Shown here piece by piece: positions 1-12,950 of a DNA stretch of 64,000 bases (positions are counted from its first letter, which is position 1; each line of letters opens with the position of its first letter). The DNA is from Nageia nagi (taxonomy: Eukaryota; Plantae; Pinophyta), in contig JBITNC010000001.1 in the NCBI GenBank assembly GCA_050084985.1, positions 171,926,001 to 171,990,000 of the forward strand, read 5' to 3'. The notes below the pieces were generated by a model. It did not search any database. It was not told the origin of the DNA and saw only the letters and a list, made by a program, of their open reading frames with translations. The translations under genes and the position numbers were made by a program.

Positions 1-1529
1 GCTTCTAAGTGCATTAAATAGGAAGAAGTGACTTGTAAGCAAGCAAAGAAAATTAAATGCCTACCAAAGAGGAGTACACACTATGTAAGAAATTAAAGTT
101 TTCTTCATGCATTAAGTAAGAAGAAAAATATTAAGCAAGTTAAATTCCCAACATTATTGGATCTTTTTTTTTTAAAAAAAAAAGAAGAAGAAGATTAAAA
201 AATTAGGGTCATGCATTAAGAAGGGCTGCAAATAGACACCAAGAAATGACATGAGGTTTCGAGGCGAAGGTGGCTAGAGAGGCCATAGGTCAAATAAAGG
301 TTAATGGAGGATAACAAGCAAGGATAGTCACCCACACAAGATATGGCAAATGAGGTTGGTGGGTTCATAGAGAAGGGTTTCCTGCAAGGCTCAAGTGTTA
401 CGAATGGAGGTGTAAGGCACCATGCAAGGAGGAGGGGCTTCAATCGTGTGCAAGGAGGCTACAAAGCTATGGAGGCTATGGAAAATACTAGGCCAAGTAG
501 AAGAAAGGAGGGGTTTCATAGAGAGTAGGGCACCTACAATGCATGCATGTACTCTAATGTTAAATTCCCTTGGATTTGACTAACTAGTTTGCAAAGTTTG
601 GCATCATGGTGGGAAAGAAGGGGACTACATAAAGGGAGAATGTGCAAAGAGGAGAAACAAAGGGGACACAAGGAATAATGCATAAATAAAATGGTAAATA
701 CTAATGCAAGGATGACAGGGATAGCTTAGTTGGGAGACTAAAGATATGAAAGTCACGTGTGACCATAAGGGCCTTCTCCCAAACCCTTCAACTAGACTAT
801 GCACAGAGGTGGGTGTGAGGAGAATTGGTTGGGTAGAGGAGTAGCTAGCAATGCCAAGAGAGGAGGAGGCAAAGGGCTCACAACATTCAATTAGGTTATT
901 TCTTTTGCAGTGAAGGGGGTTTTAGGGTGGTTTAGGGAAACCAGCTATTACCAGTCGACCAAAGAGTTCAACGTAGAGAAAGTGGAGAAGTCAAACCATT
1001 GAAGTAAAAAAATATTTTGCCTTTTATATGATACAAAATAGGATTCATGCTTCATTTAAACTTCTCATGGGATTCTCATAATAAGTATAAATTTTGAAAC
1101 AAATACAACTTAAATTTTTAATATAATCTTACAATTTTGATGTTTGTGATAAAGAGTGTAGTATTATATTTAAAAAATAAAAATAAAACACCTCTTTAAA
1201 AGGATAAAAAATAGCCTTAAAAAAAATGTTTTGTATACTATCCTCTTAAATGGAAAATATTTCAAAGTAATAAGCCTCTTTTTTTAAAAAAAAATTGCAA
1301 CTTAACATAAGAGGTTAGTAAAAAAATGCATTAACAAGCTATTTTAATCATGTTTGCTTAAAAGAAGCTAACATATAGCAAATAATATGTTAGTATTATT
1401 AGCAAAATAAGCTCAAAAGACAAAATGAAGGACATTATACCTTCTCTTGATTTTACCTCACAATGAAGAGTAAGTTGAGGAGTGAAGAAGAGCTTCCACA
1501 CCAAAGATGTGAAGAGGAACTTCCAAGGA

Positions 1530-1541
1530 GCTCTGATACCA
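1530..1541 (-). promoter_or_regulatory. Primer-binding site, tRNA-iMet
   Basis: GCTCTGATACCA is the reverse complement of TGGTATCAGAGC, 3 nt from the LTR end. Confidence 0.9.
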
Positions 1542-1544
1542 ATT

Positions 1545-2048
1545 TGAAGGAACTAAAACTAATAAGATAATTCCTAATCAACCAAGATCACATGAAAGCT
1601 CTCAATTCACATCTAACAAACTCACAAACAAGACAATCTCACAAAGTAACTCAAGATGTAAAGTGGTTCCTCCAACTAGGAGTACATCCACTAACTAGAT
1701 CTTTACTTCAATCACAAATACAACTCTCTTACAATCCTCCTAATCTCAACTCCTACACTTCAATCCTATAACATAAATTTACTCCACAATTGGTGTGTGA
1801 TCACAAAGAGGTAGCCTTCCATTTATAGGCCAAAATCCCTCTTGGATCACCCTTTTATCCAATGTACAAAAGCATGACATGCACATCCTTTTACCCAAGG
1901 GGCATGCTCATGACATGGAGTGTATGACAAGTTACATTATCATATTCACTTAAATACTTAAGGTATCAAATGATACCCATAAGTATTAGTGAATTTACAT
2001 AGAATATTTAATACAAACCTTTACAATAATGCATTATAAATTCCAATA
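1545..2048 (-). repeat. Copia LTR (5' LTR of the left-edge element)
   Basis: TGAAGG...TTCCAATA; shares CAAGATCACATGAA, TTTATAGG, CCAAGGGGCATGCTCATG and TTACAATAATGCATTATA blocks with the other family LTRs. Confidence 0.85.
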
Positions 2049-2882
2049 GAATTATCCTTGGAGTTAAAAGTGTTAAGTGTTCTTTTTCCTATATCAACTA
2101 CATTCTTTCCATGTACAAGCCTTAAGAAGTGTCATGTTAAATATTGGAGTCATACTACATCTATTTTTCATTCTAAGGATATGGTTAGATAGCTCTTACA
2201 AAAGTCCCAACTTTACTTTTTACAACATCTTAATCCGAGCTATGATTTACCAAATGCTTGATCAGAAAATGAAGACTTGAATCTTGGATTTGCAATCATC
2301 TTCTTAAAAGAAAAACATATTTTTTCAAAGTTCTAGTAGTATTTACAAGTATCTAGATTCATATGAACCCATAAAAACCAAATACAAAGAAAATATACTA
2401 TTTTGTTAGAATTATTTGGGCATACTTCGAACTAAAATGTCAAAAATCAAATCTCTCAATAAGAACACTTCATATGGTTAATTTTACTTTGCTTCACCAT
2501 GATGTATGATTAACCACCATCAATAAGACTTATGCTAAAGAAAATGAAGTTATTTTATTTCTCTATTTTTCCAACAAAATTTGGTTTCCTCCACTCTGCT
2601 GGATCTCCATAAAATTCAAATGCTCTTTGTACACTTTTGCTAACACTTAACTTTTTTGCACCCTTATCAATGAACCTACCATAAACTTGAAAATTATTTC
2701 TAACACCTAGTACCACCACCATGACTACTGAAAGATAACATAAATGACCAGCACACCTCCTATACACTCAATAGACCTTTCAAACAACTGGTAGAGCTTA
2801 TTATAGTACATGGAATCCATGTAAACTATTGGCAAGATATATTATAGACCTATTGAGCCTTTTAAAGAGTTTGTATGGAAAA

Positions 2883-3300
2883 TAATGTGGTCAACATAGA
2901 GTTAATGTGGGTATGCAATGTGTTATGAGAAGTATAAATATATTATGTGGTCAAATAACATTTTATGAGGGCCTTATAGGTATTATGCAATTAATTGAAC
3001 CCTTATTCAATGGATAAAAATCTTATGTGGACAAGCCAACTCTTATGTGGAGAGAATAAAGCTTATATGGATGATGACATTTAAGGTTATGCAGATAGAC
3101 TTGATCTTATGTGGACAAGTGATAGCTTATGTGGGTAAGTCAATAATATCTTTGCAAAGGTTATAGGGATTATGTGGGTGAAATAATGCTTATATAGCCA
3201 AAACAACCCTTATGCGGTGGAAGTGTTCCTTATGAGAAGGAAGAAACTCTTTTGTAGTTAGGCCAAATAAGCCTTATGCAACCAAGATGAACCTTATAAA
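2883..3300. repeat. 20-bp-period array of a TTATGYGG-like core with divergent spacers (about 20 units)
   Basis: Cores at 2883, 2903, 2923, 2943, 2963, 2983, 3003, 3023, 3043, 3063, then 3087/3107/3127, 3170/3190/3210/3230/3250, 3274/3294. Confidence 0.75.
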
Positions 3301-3349
3301 ATGGAGCAACTTGATCATTTTTTAGGTTTCCAAGAACAAAATAGCACAA

Positions 3350-3457
3350 GAAATATACTTATAAAGTTTCATAATATAATTTGCAACATTACTAAGGCTT
3401 TTTGAAATATACTTATAAAGTTTTATAATATAATTTGCAACATTACTAAGGCTTTTT
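3350..3457. repeat. 54-bp direct tandem duplication
   Basis: GAAATATACTTATAAAGTTT(C/T)ATAATATAATTTGCAACATTACTAAGGCTTTTT twice, one mismatch. Confidence 0.95.
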
Positions 3458-3614
3458 GAATTAGGGTTTTCAATGTAATATGAAGGAAAATTTTACAAAA
3501 ATTAGGCATCTCTATGGGTGTGCTAACAAAAATGACCTAATAATGAAATAATTACTTTTATAGATGAAACATCTTTGATCAACATAAATGCACATATACA
3601 TGCAAAGTTATTTC

Positions 3615-4174
3615 TAAAGGAACAAGCATACAAGACTAAATTCCTAATTACCCAAGATCACATGAAGACTCTCTCAAATCCTTAAGCATTAAGACCACAT
3701 ACTCAAAGTAGCATTCACACAAGATGACACCAATATAAATTGGTTCCTCTAATCATGGGAGTGCATCCACTAATCTAAGATCTTATTCTCAATTAGCACT
3801 CTCTTACAATAACTCTTTCTCACTTCTCCTACAACCTAAACAAGAGCATAATTTTGCTACAAACTTGAGTGAGTGATCTCAAGGAGATAACCTTCTATTT
3901 ATAGGAAAAAATCTTCTCTTGGATAACCTTTTTAACCATTATACAATATTATTACATGTGTCACCCTTTTAACTAAGGGGCATGCTCATGGGATGGAGTG
4001 TAGGACAAGTTATATTATCATATTCACAAATACTTAAAAGGTATCTAGGCATACTTTTAAGTATTAGTGATTTTTGATTATATTCACTAAATACTTTAGG
4101 TATATAGGGATACCCTTAAGTATTAAGTGAATTACATTAAGATACCTTACAATAATACATTATACATTCCAATA
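3615..4174 (-). repeat. Copia 3' LTR
   Basis: Colinear with 11562-12124; termini mutated to TA...TA. Confidence 0.9.
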
Positions 4175-4183
4175 CTTCCCCTT
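4175..4183 (-). promoter_or_regulatory. Polypurine tract of the copia element
   Basis: CTTCCCCTT reads AAGGGGAAG on minus, directly abutting the 3' LTR. Confidence 0.75.
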
Positions 4184-4959
4184 AATGCAATATTGAATTA
4201 GTGTGAATAAGGAGAGAAGAAAGAGAGAGTAAGAGAGGGTTCTCCTCCATAGAGATACATTTAGAGATGAGAATATTTACATCTTTAATAAATAATCAAG
4301 ACCTTATATTGAGTCTCATTACTTTACCATTTGAAAAAATGGTTTACAATACAATCATTAATTGTAACTGATTTCATTGTACAAAGTAGTCATTCAACAA
4401 TGATTTGACATGATGAACCTTTATAAGCATGCCCATTTGAAGTAGATAACCTACACTTTCAAGAAGAAACCTATAATATACAAGTAACTCATAAAAAATA
4501 TCATTCAAATGCATCACATAAATATTCATATCAACATAATATAAATTAATCAATTAATTCTATCTATAAAATGATCAATTATGCACTATAAGTTATCATG
4601 AATATGCAAAGCTAATACTTATAGTCACCTACTATATAAAATATGTGTTGATTAATATAAAACCATAGAGCATAAGCACATATGAGTTCCTCACATGTGA
4701 ATAACTAAACAGTGCCAAAAAATACATATTAGTTCCTCACATATGGATAACTAAAAAAATGCTAGTAGAAGCCATTATATGCTTAAAAATTGTACAACTA
4801 GTTCCTCACATGAACCAAACTAACCATGAAGGTGTCCATAAAATATTAAAACTATACGACCAAAACATAATCCTAGGGATGAAGTTGTCATCACAAATAT
4901 GAATTGAACAAGAATTAAACCTTCACTTCCCCTTTAGGGAAACTTTACCAAACCAATAG

Positions 4960-7900
4960 ACTAGCTAGGATTACAAAAATGAGCTTTAGGAAGGGACTTG
5001 GTAAGTAAATCGATAGAATACTTGAGGATTGATGTATAATAATGCAATTATAGAATACCATATAAAAATTTCTCCCTAATAAAATGTGCTTGGATTTCAA
5101 CATGTTTTGTTCTCTAATGAAAAATAGGATTCTTTACCAAAGTAATAGCTGACTAATTATCTAAAGAAATCTAAGATGGGTGAGTCTACTCATACCCAAT
5201 TTATTTCAAAAGATGCCTCAACCAAATGGATTCCTAGTCTATGACTAACATGGATTAATATTCTACTTTTGTGATGGAAAGAGAAGTAGTAGGCTTCTTC
5301 TTAGAAGCCTAAGAGATAGCACTTAAACCAATGCTAAACAAATGAGCAAAGGTTAATTTTCTATCATCTTTATCTCTTTCATAATTAGAATTTGAGTACC
5401 TTAAGAGAACAAATGAGGGTAACTTGGAAGATCTTGAGAGCAATATCCTTCATTCCCACAACATACCTCAATATATTCTTAACAATATTGAGGTGCTCAA
5501 CATATGATTTTTATATAAATCATACCATAAGATTTACTGCAAAGGTAATATCTAGCCTAAATATGATCAAATAAAGAATATTACCAATTATTTGCTTGTA
5601 AGATGTTGCATCTACAAGTTTGCACTCCTCCATTCCAAAATTTTACAATATGTCTAAGATATACTTGGATTGACTAAGGTAAGTACAATCCCTATATTGG
5701 TACAATTACATTACTAATGCAAGAGACCAAGATTAATCATTTCAAATATTTCCTTAAATTTGGATATGAACTCTTGGATGATTTCATCATTATTTTATAT
5801 GATCAAAATATCATCCATATATAGAGAAGAATCAATACCAATTCTTATCCCTAGATGAGCACATATAGATTTGAATTGAAGAATCACTTAGAGAACTTAA
5901 TATTTGCAAAGTATCCTAAAATATTTTTGTACCAAGCTCTACGTTCTTACTTAAGTCCATACAAGGACTTATTTAGTTTACATGCAAGGGATTATTTTCC
6001 TTTCATAACAAACCCTTTTGGTTGATTCATGTAATCTAAGTCACTATTAATAAAAGCACTCTTGATGTCAAGTTGAAAAACTTTCCATCCTTGAGCTATT
6101 GAAAGGGAAAGGATTAACCTGAATGTAAGAATATTTATTATTGAAGAAAATATTTTCTCATAAATAACTTTGTATTTTTGAGCGATACCCTAAGCTACTA
6201 ACCTTGTCATGTATTTCTCAATTTCCCCAAATAAATTGTATTTGACCTTTTAAATCCATTTATTACTAATCACATTATATTCATTAGGATAAGGAATTAA
6301 GTCCCATGTTTGATTTTTCATTAGAGCCTCATACTCAAGTTTCATGGCTTCCATCCAACATTCATGCTTCAAATCTTTCTTAAATGATGAGAGCTCATTC
6401 TTTCTATCAATTTTGGAAAACAAGGATTTGTTTAAGGTCATACTTCTCATTATCCTTTATTTTGGAGAATGTTTCTCCTAAGGTGACTTATCTACACTAA
6501 CATCCAAATAGTTAGGTGTAGCATAAGAGTCATCAACATCATCCAAGTCCTCATAGGAAGTAAATTTCTCAAAAAGTTTATTAAAATTTACATCCCTTGA
6601 GTTGAAAATTGCTCTATAGGAAGGAAAGTAGAGCTTGTAGCCTCTATGTTGACTATCATAACCCATAAAGATGTACTTTTTGGATCTCTTGTATAGCTTA
6701 TTTCTTTTCTTAAAAATAATAAATGCATAGGCATCACAACCAAAATATATAAGGTGAAAGATGTTAGGTTTCTTTTCTGTCCATACATCATATGGGATTT
6801 TTCCTTTAACTACTTTTATAGGATAACTATTCAGGGTGTAAATCATAGTATTCACAACTTCACCCCATAAGAAACTAGGGAGATTTTCCAACTTGCACCT
6901 AGCCATTTCATAAATGGTCCTATTCTTTCTTTCAGCAACACTATTTTTCTATGGTATATAAGGGATCATGAACTACCTCTTGATCTTGTATTTGGTATAA
7001 AAATTATTAAAATAATTACTATTATATTCACCTCCATTGTTAAATCTTAGCATCTTGATTCTAAAGTCAATCTAATTTTTAATAAAGGATTTGAAATCTT
7101 TGAAACTATCAAAGGTTTGATCCTTGTGCTCTTATAGATAACCAAATATCATCATATTGAAGTTTTCAATGAAGGTCAAGACATAATATGCTCCCCAAAG
7201 AGATTTATTTTGAAATGGACCCATCAAATATGAATGCACAAGTTGAAGAAGTTGTGTTACACTTTTTGTCTCTCTCAAATTTTTACTTATTTATCTTGCT
7301 TAATATTCACTTATCACAAAGACCAATTATGGGTGATATTGAAGGTAAACCTTCCATAAGTTCTTGATTTTTTATAACTTGAATGTTTTTATGGTTAATA
7401 TTTCTTAATTAATGATGCTAAAGATTTCTCCTATAGCAAATATTTGTATCAAGGTGCATCTTTGTTAGCACTTGATCCATAATGTAGAGATCATCTTTCA
7501 ATGATCCTTTCATCAAAGTGAAAAATCCCTTTTTAATGCACTAGGAGTGTGATTGGACTTGAATGAGTAACTTTTCCTTGTAATTTGAATTACAAAAAAA
7601 GATTCATATTGAGTTTAAGCATATAGAGCATATTTTCAAGAATCTTCCTATGTATCAAACACTCTAAATCCCTTGAACTTCAAGGATTTAATTATCACCT
7701 ATCACAACTACCTCCTTTCTATACTTATTAAAATTTTTAAACTTAGCCTTTTCAAAATTCATGTGATTAGTGCACCTAGAGTCAATAATCCAATCATTCA
7801 AAAAAGTAATATGATTTATTATTATTCTCTTTCTTGCCTTTGAATTTTGATTAGCCTAAGTCAATAATTAAACTAATCACATGAATTTTGATTTAGGCAC

Positions 7901-8820
7901 CTAGAGTCAATAATCCAATCATTCAATAATTTATTATTATTCTCTTTCTTGCCTTTGAATTTGTTTGATTTTTCATCTTTTTCGACCTTTTTCTTTCTTT
8001 TTCTTGAAGCAATATGATTCCTTATGATGATATATGCCATATAAATTATAATTTACATCAAATTTAGCTTTGGATTTGGATTTTCTTGACTTGTCATGGC
8101 CATTCTATTGTTTGTTTCCACCTTTATTGAAGTCCTTTTTTAGAGCATGGGAAGACTTCTTTTGATTGTGAAACTTTATTTTGAAGTGAGTCTTCATTGT
8201 TCCAAGTGCCACAAGATGCTCCTTAGAAGTGGATATCAATAAATTTTTTTAGAGTTTCCTCATATTTTAGGAGAAGCCTTGAAAGGGGTTTTAAGGAATA
8301 CACCTCTTTTTCATTGTAGAGCCTTGTCTCAATAACTATCACAAAGTAACTGAATTTAGAAGAGAGACTTTCAAGGATGATGGATACCATAAACTCATCA
8401 TTGATCCAGTTGCAATCACACCCCACAAGTTGGATCCTAAGATCAATAATCTTGTTCAAGTATATTGTAACACTTTCATTTTTCTCTTGATGTAATTGTA
8501 ATAATTTTTTAAGAATGGTGAAAATATTGGAGAATTTAGAGCTGAGGTAGATTTTCTTCAACCTATCCTAAGCTTCCTTTGTATAATTTAAAAAAATATC
8601 ATGAGAAGTACTTCATCTAAAACTCCATGAAAGATCATAGAGCTTTCTAGTTCATTCTTTATATTGCAAGCCTCAAGTGCATTCTTATTTGTTGTACAAA
8701 CTTGGTTTTTATTTATAGTTTGTCATAGTTTTCATGCTTGGAGCTCTACTTTAATTCTAGGTTCCCAATATCATAGTTGGAACCATCTAGGATATTCTTG
8801 GATGTAAATGAGTCTCCCAT
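4960..8820 (-). pseudogene. Copia gag-pol, multiply frameshifted
   Basis: Gag start MGDSFTSKNILDGSNY at 8820; UBN2-type gag 8223-8561; protease WIIDSRCTNHM at ~7770-7800; integrase C-part 6478-6906 (LPSFLWGE, FGCDAY, FMGYD...GYKLY); RT (WMEAMKLEYEALMKNQTWDL, LNKSLYGLK); RNase H end (IDLLTKSL ~4990-5015). Confidence 0.92.
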
Positions 8821-11546
8821 TTGCTACAAAATAAGGTGAAAGTGTTAACCAATGTAAGCATGTTAAATTAGTGAACCAAATTTATCATGTTGAGTTTAAT
8901 CAAATTAATCATTAATCAATCATACATGTTGAATTTTTTTAAATTAATAAAATATACATCTTGATTTTTATTCAAAGATAACTAACCATACATGTTGAAT
9001 TAATAATTATACATGTTGAATTTTAACCAAAGGTAATCAACAAGGCATGCTTAAATTATTTAACCAATTTTACATGAGAAAAAAATGTTATATTTATATC
9101 AAATGATATATCCCATACATACAACATTTTTTCATAACCAAGTAACATTTAATAGGGGTAGAATTGATGTTATTTTCTTGTTTAAAATTAGGCCTTCACT
9201 TAGATGACCGCATGGAGCCCAAGTCCTACCAATCCTCAACCAGTTCCCTTTGATCACAACAAAGATTACTAGCTATTTTCAAAGGGTGTGATGTATTTTG
9301 GTTCAAAAAAATTATTATCTTGATTAAGTTTTAAGTTTTCTTCCTAGGTTATCAAGATAATCCCTGAATGAATGTATGAACATGTGGTATTACTACAGAC
9401 ATGCCTATCCACCTATATGGAGTAATTTTCAAACCAATAGAAGAATTAGGAAAAATTAAGAAATACAAACTTTACACCATTTGGATCATCATATTGAAGG
9501 CTTCAATCTACCTTTTCCTCCCCTCGTGGCTCCCCAAATAAGTCATGTTGTGGACTAAATGTGCAAACATTTTTATTTTATGGGGTGCACTTTCAATGTT
9601 TGTGATTTATTTGTTAAAAATAAATAAAAGTGCTTTAAAATAAAGTAAAGTGCTTAAAATAAATGATACATTATACAAAAATGAAACCTAAGAGTATCTA
9701 ATAGGTTTTTTCACAACCTTAAGAGGACCATTTTACAAAAAAATAATACATATGTTCATTATTTTTAAGCAACAATATAAAAATAATAAGTCCCACCCTT
9801 TTTTGCTTTAAAAAATTAAACTTAGCAAAACATTCACCTTCTTTCATTTTACCATTGTAAAAAAAATGCTCCCAACTTTTAAAAAAATGTACTTTGGAAA
9901 CAAAATCTCCTTATTTGCAATTTTTACCTTAGAGTAAAAAAATTACTCTTAACATTAAGGAAAAAATAATTCCACACTTAAAAAATTACCTCCCTACTTT
10001 AAAAAAGATTGCAATTACTTAAAAAATTCCTTCTAAATATTTTTCCCCCTTTTAAGATAAAAAAGCATTCCCCTCCCTTTTTTATTGAAAAGGGTAAAAA
10101 ATATATTATTGAGGAGGAATATATAACTTCCCCCTAAAAGGTCATAAAAAAAAACTCATCAATCCATCCCTCCTTTTTATTTAAAAAAATCCTCAAAATA
10201 ATGAGAGATTATTTAACCAATAAAAAACTATTGTGAGTACTATTCCACCAAATAACAAGCAAAGCATTTACACCCCCTACACCATAGGGTTACTTCTTTT
10301 AAAAAATTGATGGATTGGAAGTTGGGGTAGTGGCGATGTGTCTAGGGTGGCAAAGGGGTCAAGCAAAGGGTGGGGTGAGTAGCCATAGGGAAAGATGAGC
10401 TGGAGTGGTTGCATTAGTAGGGGATATGAGACTTTGCTATGTAGGGTAGACTGGTTAATGGCAAGGGTGATGGGATTTAATGATAAAGGTGGGTGAACAA
10501 GTCATTGAGTAGGGAGTGGTTGCATTGTATTAAGGGGTGGTGGGTCGATGGGCCTAAGGTTTATGGCTAGTTAGTTATGTTTTGGTGGGCTCAAGGGTTG
10601 CAAGGATTAAGGAGTGGTAGTAGGTTCAAGGGGGGGTAGTGAGAGGGAGCCACTAAGAGAGATGTGGGAGAAATGGTGAAGGGAGGAGTAGGGTGGGGCT
10701 AAGATGAGAGGAGTGGCCATTACAAATGATCCAAGGAGTGGCCATCAAAGATAAACAAGGGGTTGGATACCATGGATAGGCCAAGGGTGGCCATTATAAG
10801 TGGGCTAGGAGGTAGCCACTATGGGTGGGCCAGAGGGTGGCTACCTACTAGAGGTGGTTGCTCCCCCCTTACCTTCTTTTTTTTAAAGGAAAAATTTTTT
10901 TGTTTGTATTTTAAAAAAATATTTATTTATTTATTTTAAAATAAAGTTCTATTTATATATATTTTTAAATTATTCTCAACTTTTTTAAAAATTATGATAA
11001 TTTTCAACACTTCCTTGATGGATGTTCAAAATGTACAAAACTATATTTAATTTCTTCCTATTTGTAAGAAATTCCCTCATTGAATTTTCAATTTTTTTTA
11101 ATAAAGTATTCCCCATTACAAATATATATAATATATTTTGTAATAATAACAAGGTCTCCCTTTTATTGTGTAAAATAAAACTTGCAAAGTGAAAAAAAAA
11201 TTGCAAAAATTTTAAAAGGTTGTAAATTTTGCTATCATAATATATTATTGGTCTTAAAAAAAATTAATACACCAAAAAAAATTATGATCACTAACATTAA
11301 AATTATCAGTAAGAAAAAAAATATAGCAATAATATATTATGTTATTTGAAGCAATTTTTGCTAAGAAATTGAATTAACATAGTCATAACAAAAGTATCAT
11401 AATTAACTAGTCAAAAGTTGAAAAAAAAGGATAGGAGGTTATACCTTCACTTGATTTTACCTCACAAGAATGAAGGTGAACCTCCAAATATGGAAGGAGT
11501 AGGATTAAGAACCTCCAAGGATGTTTAAGAGAAGCCTCCAAGAATG

Positions 11547-11559
11547 GATCTAGATACCA
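11547..11559 (-). promoter_or_regulatory. Degenerate tRNA-iMet PBS
   Basis: GATCTAGATACCA next to the 5' LTR, equivalent to 1530-1541. Confidence 0.75.
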
Positions 11560-11561
11560 AT

Positions 11562-12124
11562 TGTAGGAATAAGCCTAAAAGACTAAATTCCTAATTACCC
11601 AAGATCACATGAAGACTCTCTCAAATCCTTAATCATTAAAAACACACATTCAAAGTAGCATTCACACAAGATGACACCAATGTAAATTGGTTCCTCCAAC
11701 TATGAGAGTACATCCATTAATATAAGATCTTATTCTCAAAGAGCACTCTCATACAACAACTCTTTCTTACTTCTCCTATAACCTAAATAAGAGAATAACT
11801 TTGCTACAAGCTTGAGTGAGTGATTTTAAGGAGAGGGCCTTCTATTTATAGGGTAAAATCCTCCCTTGGATCATCCTTTTAACAATGGTATAATATCCTA
11901 ACATGGATCACCATTTCACCCAAGGGGAATTCTCATGAGATGGAGTGTAGGACAAGTTTCATTATCATATTCACTAATACTTAAAAGGTATGTAGGGATA
12001 CTTTTAACTATAAGTGAATTTACATTTTCATATTCACTAAATATTTAAGGTATATAGGGATACCCTTAAGTATTAAGTGAATTACATTAAGAGACCTTAC
12101 AATAATGCATTATACATTCCAACA
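11562..12124 (-). repeat. Copia 5' LTR
   Basis: TG...CA termini intact, followed by TSD ATTTC. Confidence 0.92.
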
Positions 12125-12950
12125 ATTTCCCTTATCATTAAATAGATAATCTCTTCAGTATTTTAACAAATTACCACATGGGAGTATACAAGGTTTTAGA
12201 TATCTCAAAAATGCATTTATCGACTATTAGAAAATGTGTATTCCAAATGAAATTATATTATTGGATTTGTTACAAATGAGATAAAGGTAATGTCAATCAA
12301 TTCAAAGGTTTGTGAATTTATATTAGTGATAGGAACAAAATTGAAGTATTTATCTCTTCTTTATGACCACGATCATAAATTTCCTCTAGATAAATTTCTT
12401 CACAACATCATTGAAAAAGAGATATTTTTGCTCCAATATGGAACATAAAAAATTGAAAATAAACAACACTACTACCTAGAGAAAATTACAAAAATATGGA
12501 TGCAATAAAATAGAAAAAGCTAGTAGCAAAAGTGGAATTCATATCAATTGTGGAAAGGAAAATTGATAAAAAAGATATATAAAGTGGCTACAAGCCATTA
12601 CCTCCAAGATAATTCACTCCTATTCATGATGAAATTAGGGGAGTACTAAAAAATTTGGTTAAGAAGAAATTACTAGTTTTTCCCCCTCTTATTAAACATT
12701 AACTAAGTTAAAAAAAATCATATCCCAAATGAATCCAAAAATGATCAATAGTATGATTATCACTAGTGGGAAGGACATAGTACCAAAACCAATATTCAAT
12801 TATGACATAAGATTTATGACCTGGTTGATATGGGTAAGATTATATTTCCATAGCTCAACAAAAAGAATAAAACAATAGGACCACAACATGAGCAAAACAA
12901 GAATTTAGGGATCTTTAAAAATCCCTTTCAAAATTTTATAAAGGCCAAAG
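12125..12950 (+). pseudogene. Ty3/gypsy (Tat/Ogre-like) gag remnant; its N-part lies left of the copia at ~3560-3614
   Basis: Removing the copia restores KLF|PLSLNR*SLQYFNKLPHGSI (retrotransposon gag motif). Later FTPIHDEIRGVLKNLVKKKLL, a decayed knuckle DYH*WEGHST...HKIYDLVDMGKI, and QNKNLGIFKNP. Confidence 0.75.

Larger units (their letters stand above)
1..2048 (-). mobile_element. 5' end (5' LTR, PBS, long leader) of a Ty1/copia element running off the left edge; same family as 3615-12124
   Basis: LTR 1545-2048 is homologous to 3615-4174 and 11562-12124. A perfect PBS is adjacent, and 1434-1530 matches leader 11439-11550. Confidence 0.8.
3615..12124 (-). mobile_element. Full-length degenerate Ty1/copia LTR retrotransposon
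   Basis: Paired LTRs 3615-4174 and 11562-12124; 5-bp TSD ATTTC at 3610-3614 and 12125-12129; PBS, PPT and gag-PR-INT-RT-RH order on the minus strand. Confidence 0.95.

Noticed and set aside
216-528. Two short overlapping ORFs
   Set aside because: They lie in the GC-richer copia leader with no recognisable motif; likely chance ORFs.
2555-2767. 70-aa ORF as a gene exon or transposase piece
   Set aside because: No family motif I can recognise and no supported splice structure; left unannotated.
2883-3300. CRISPR-like repeat-spacer pattern
   Set aside because: Core of 8 bp and spacer of 12 bp are far too short, the context is eukaryotic, and there are no cas genes.
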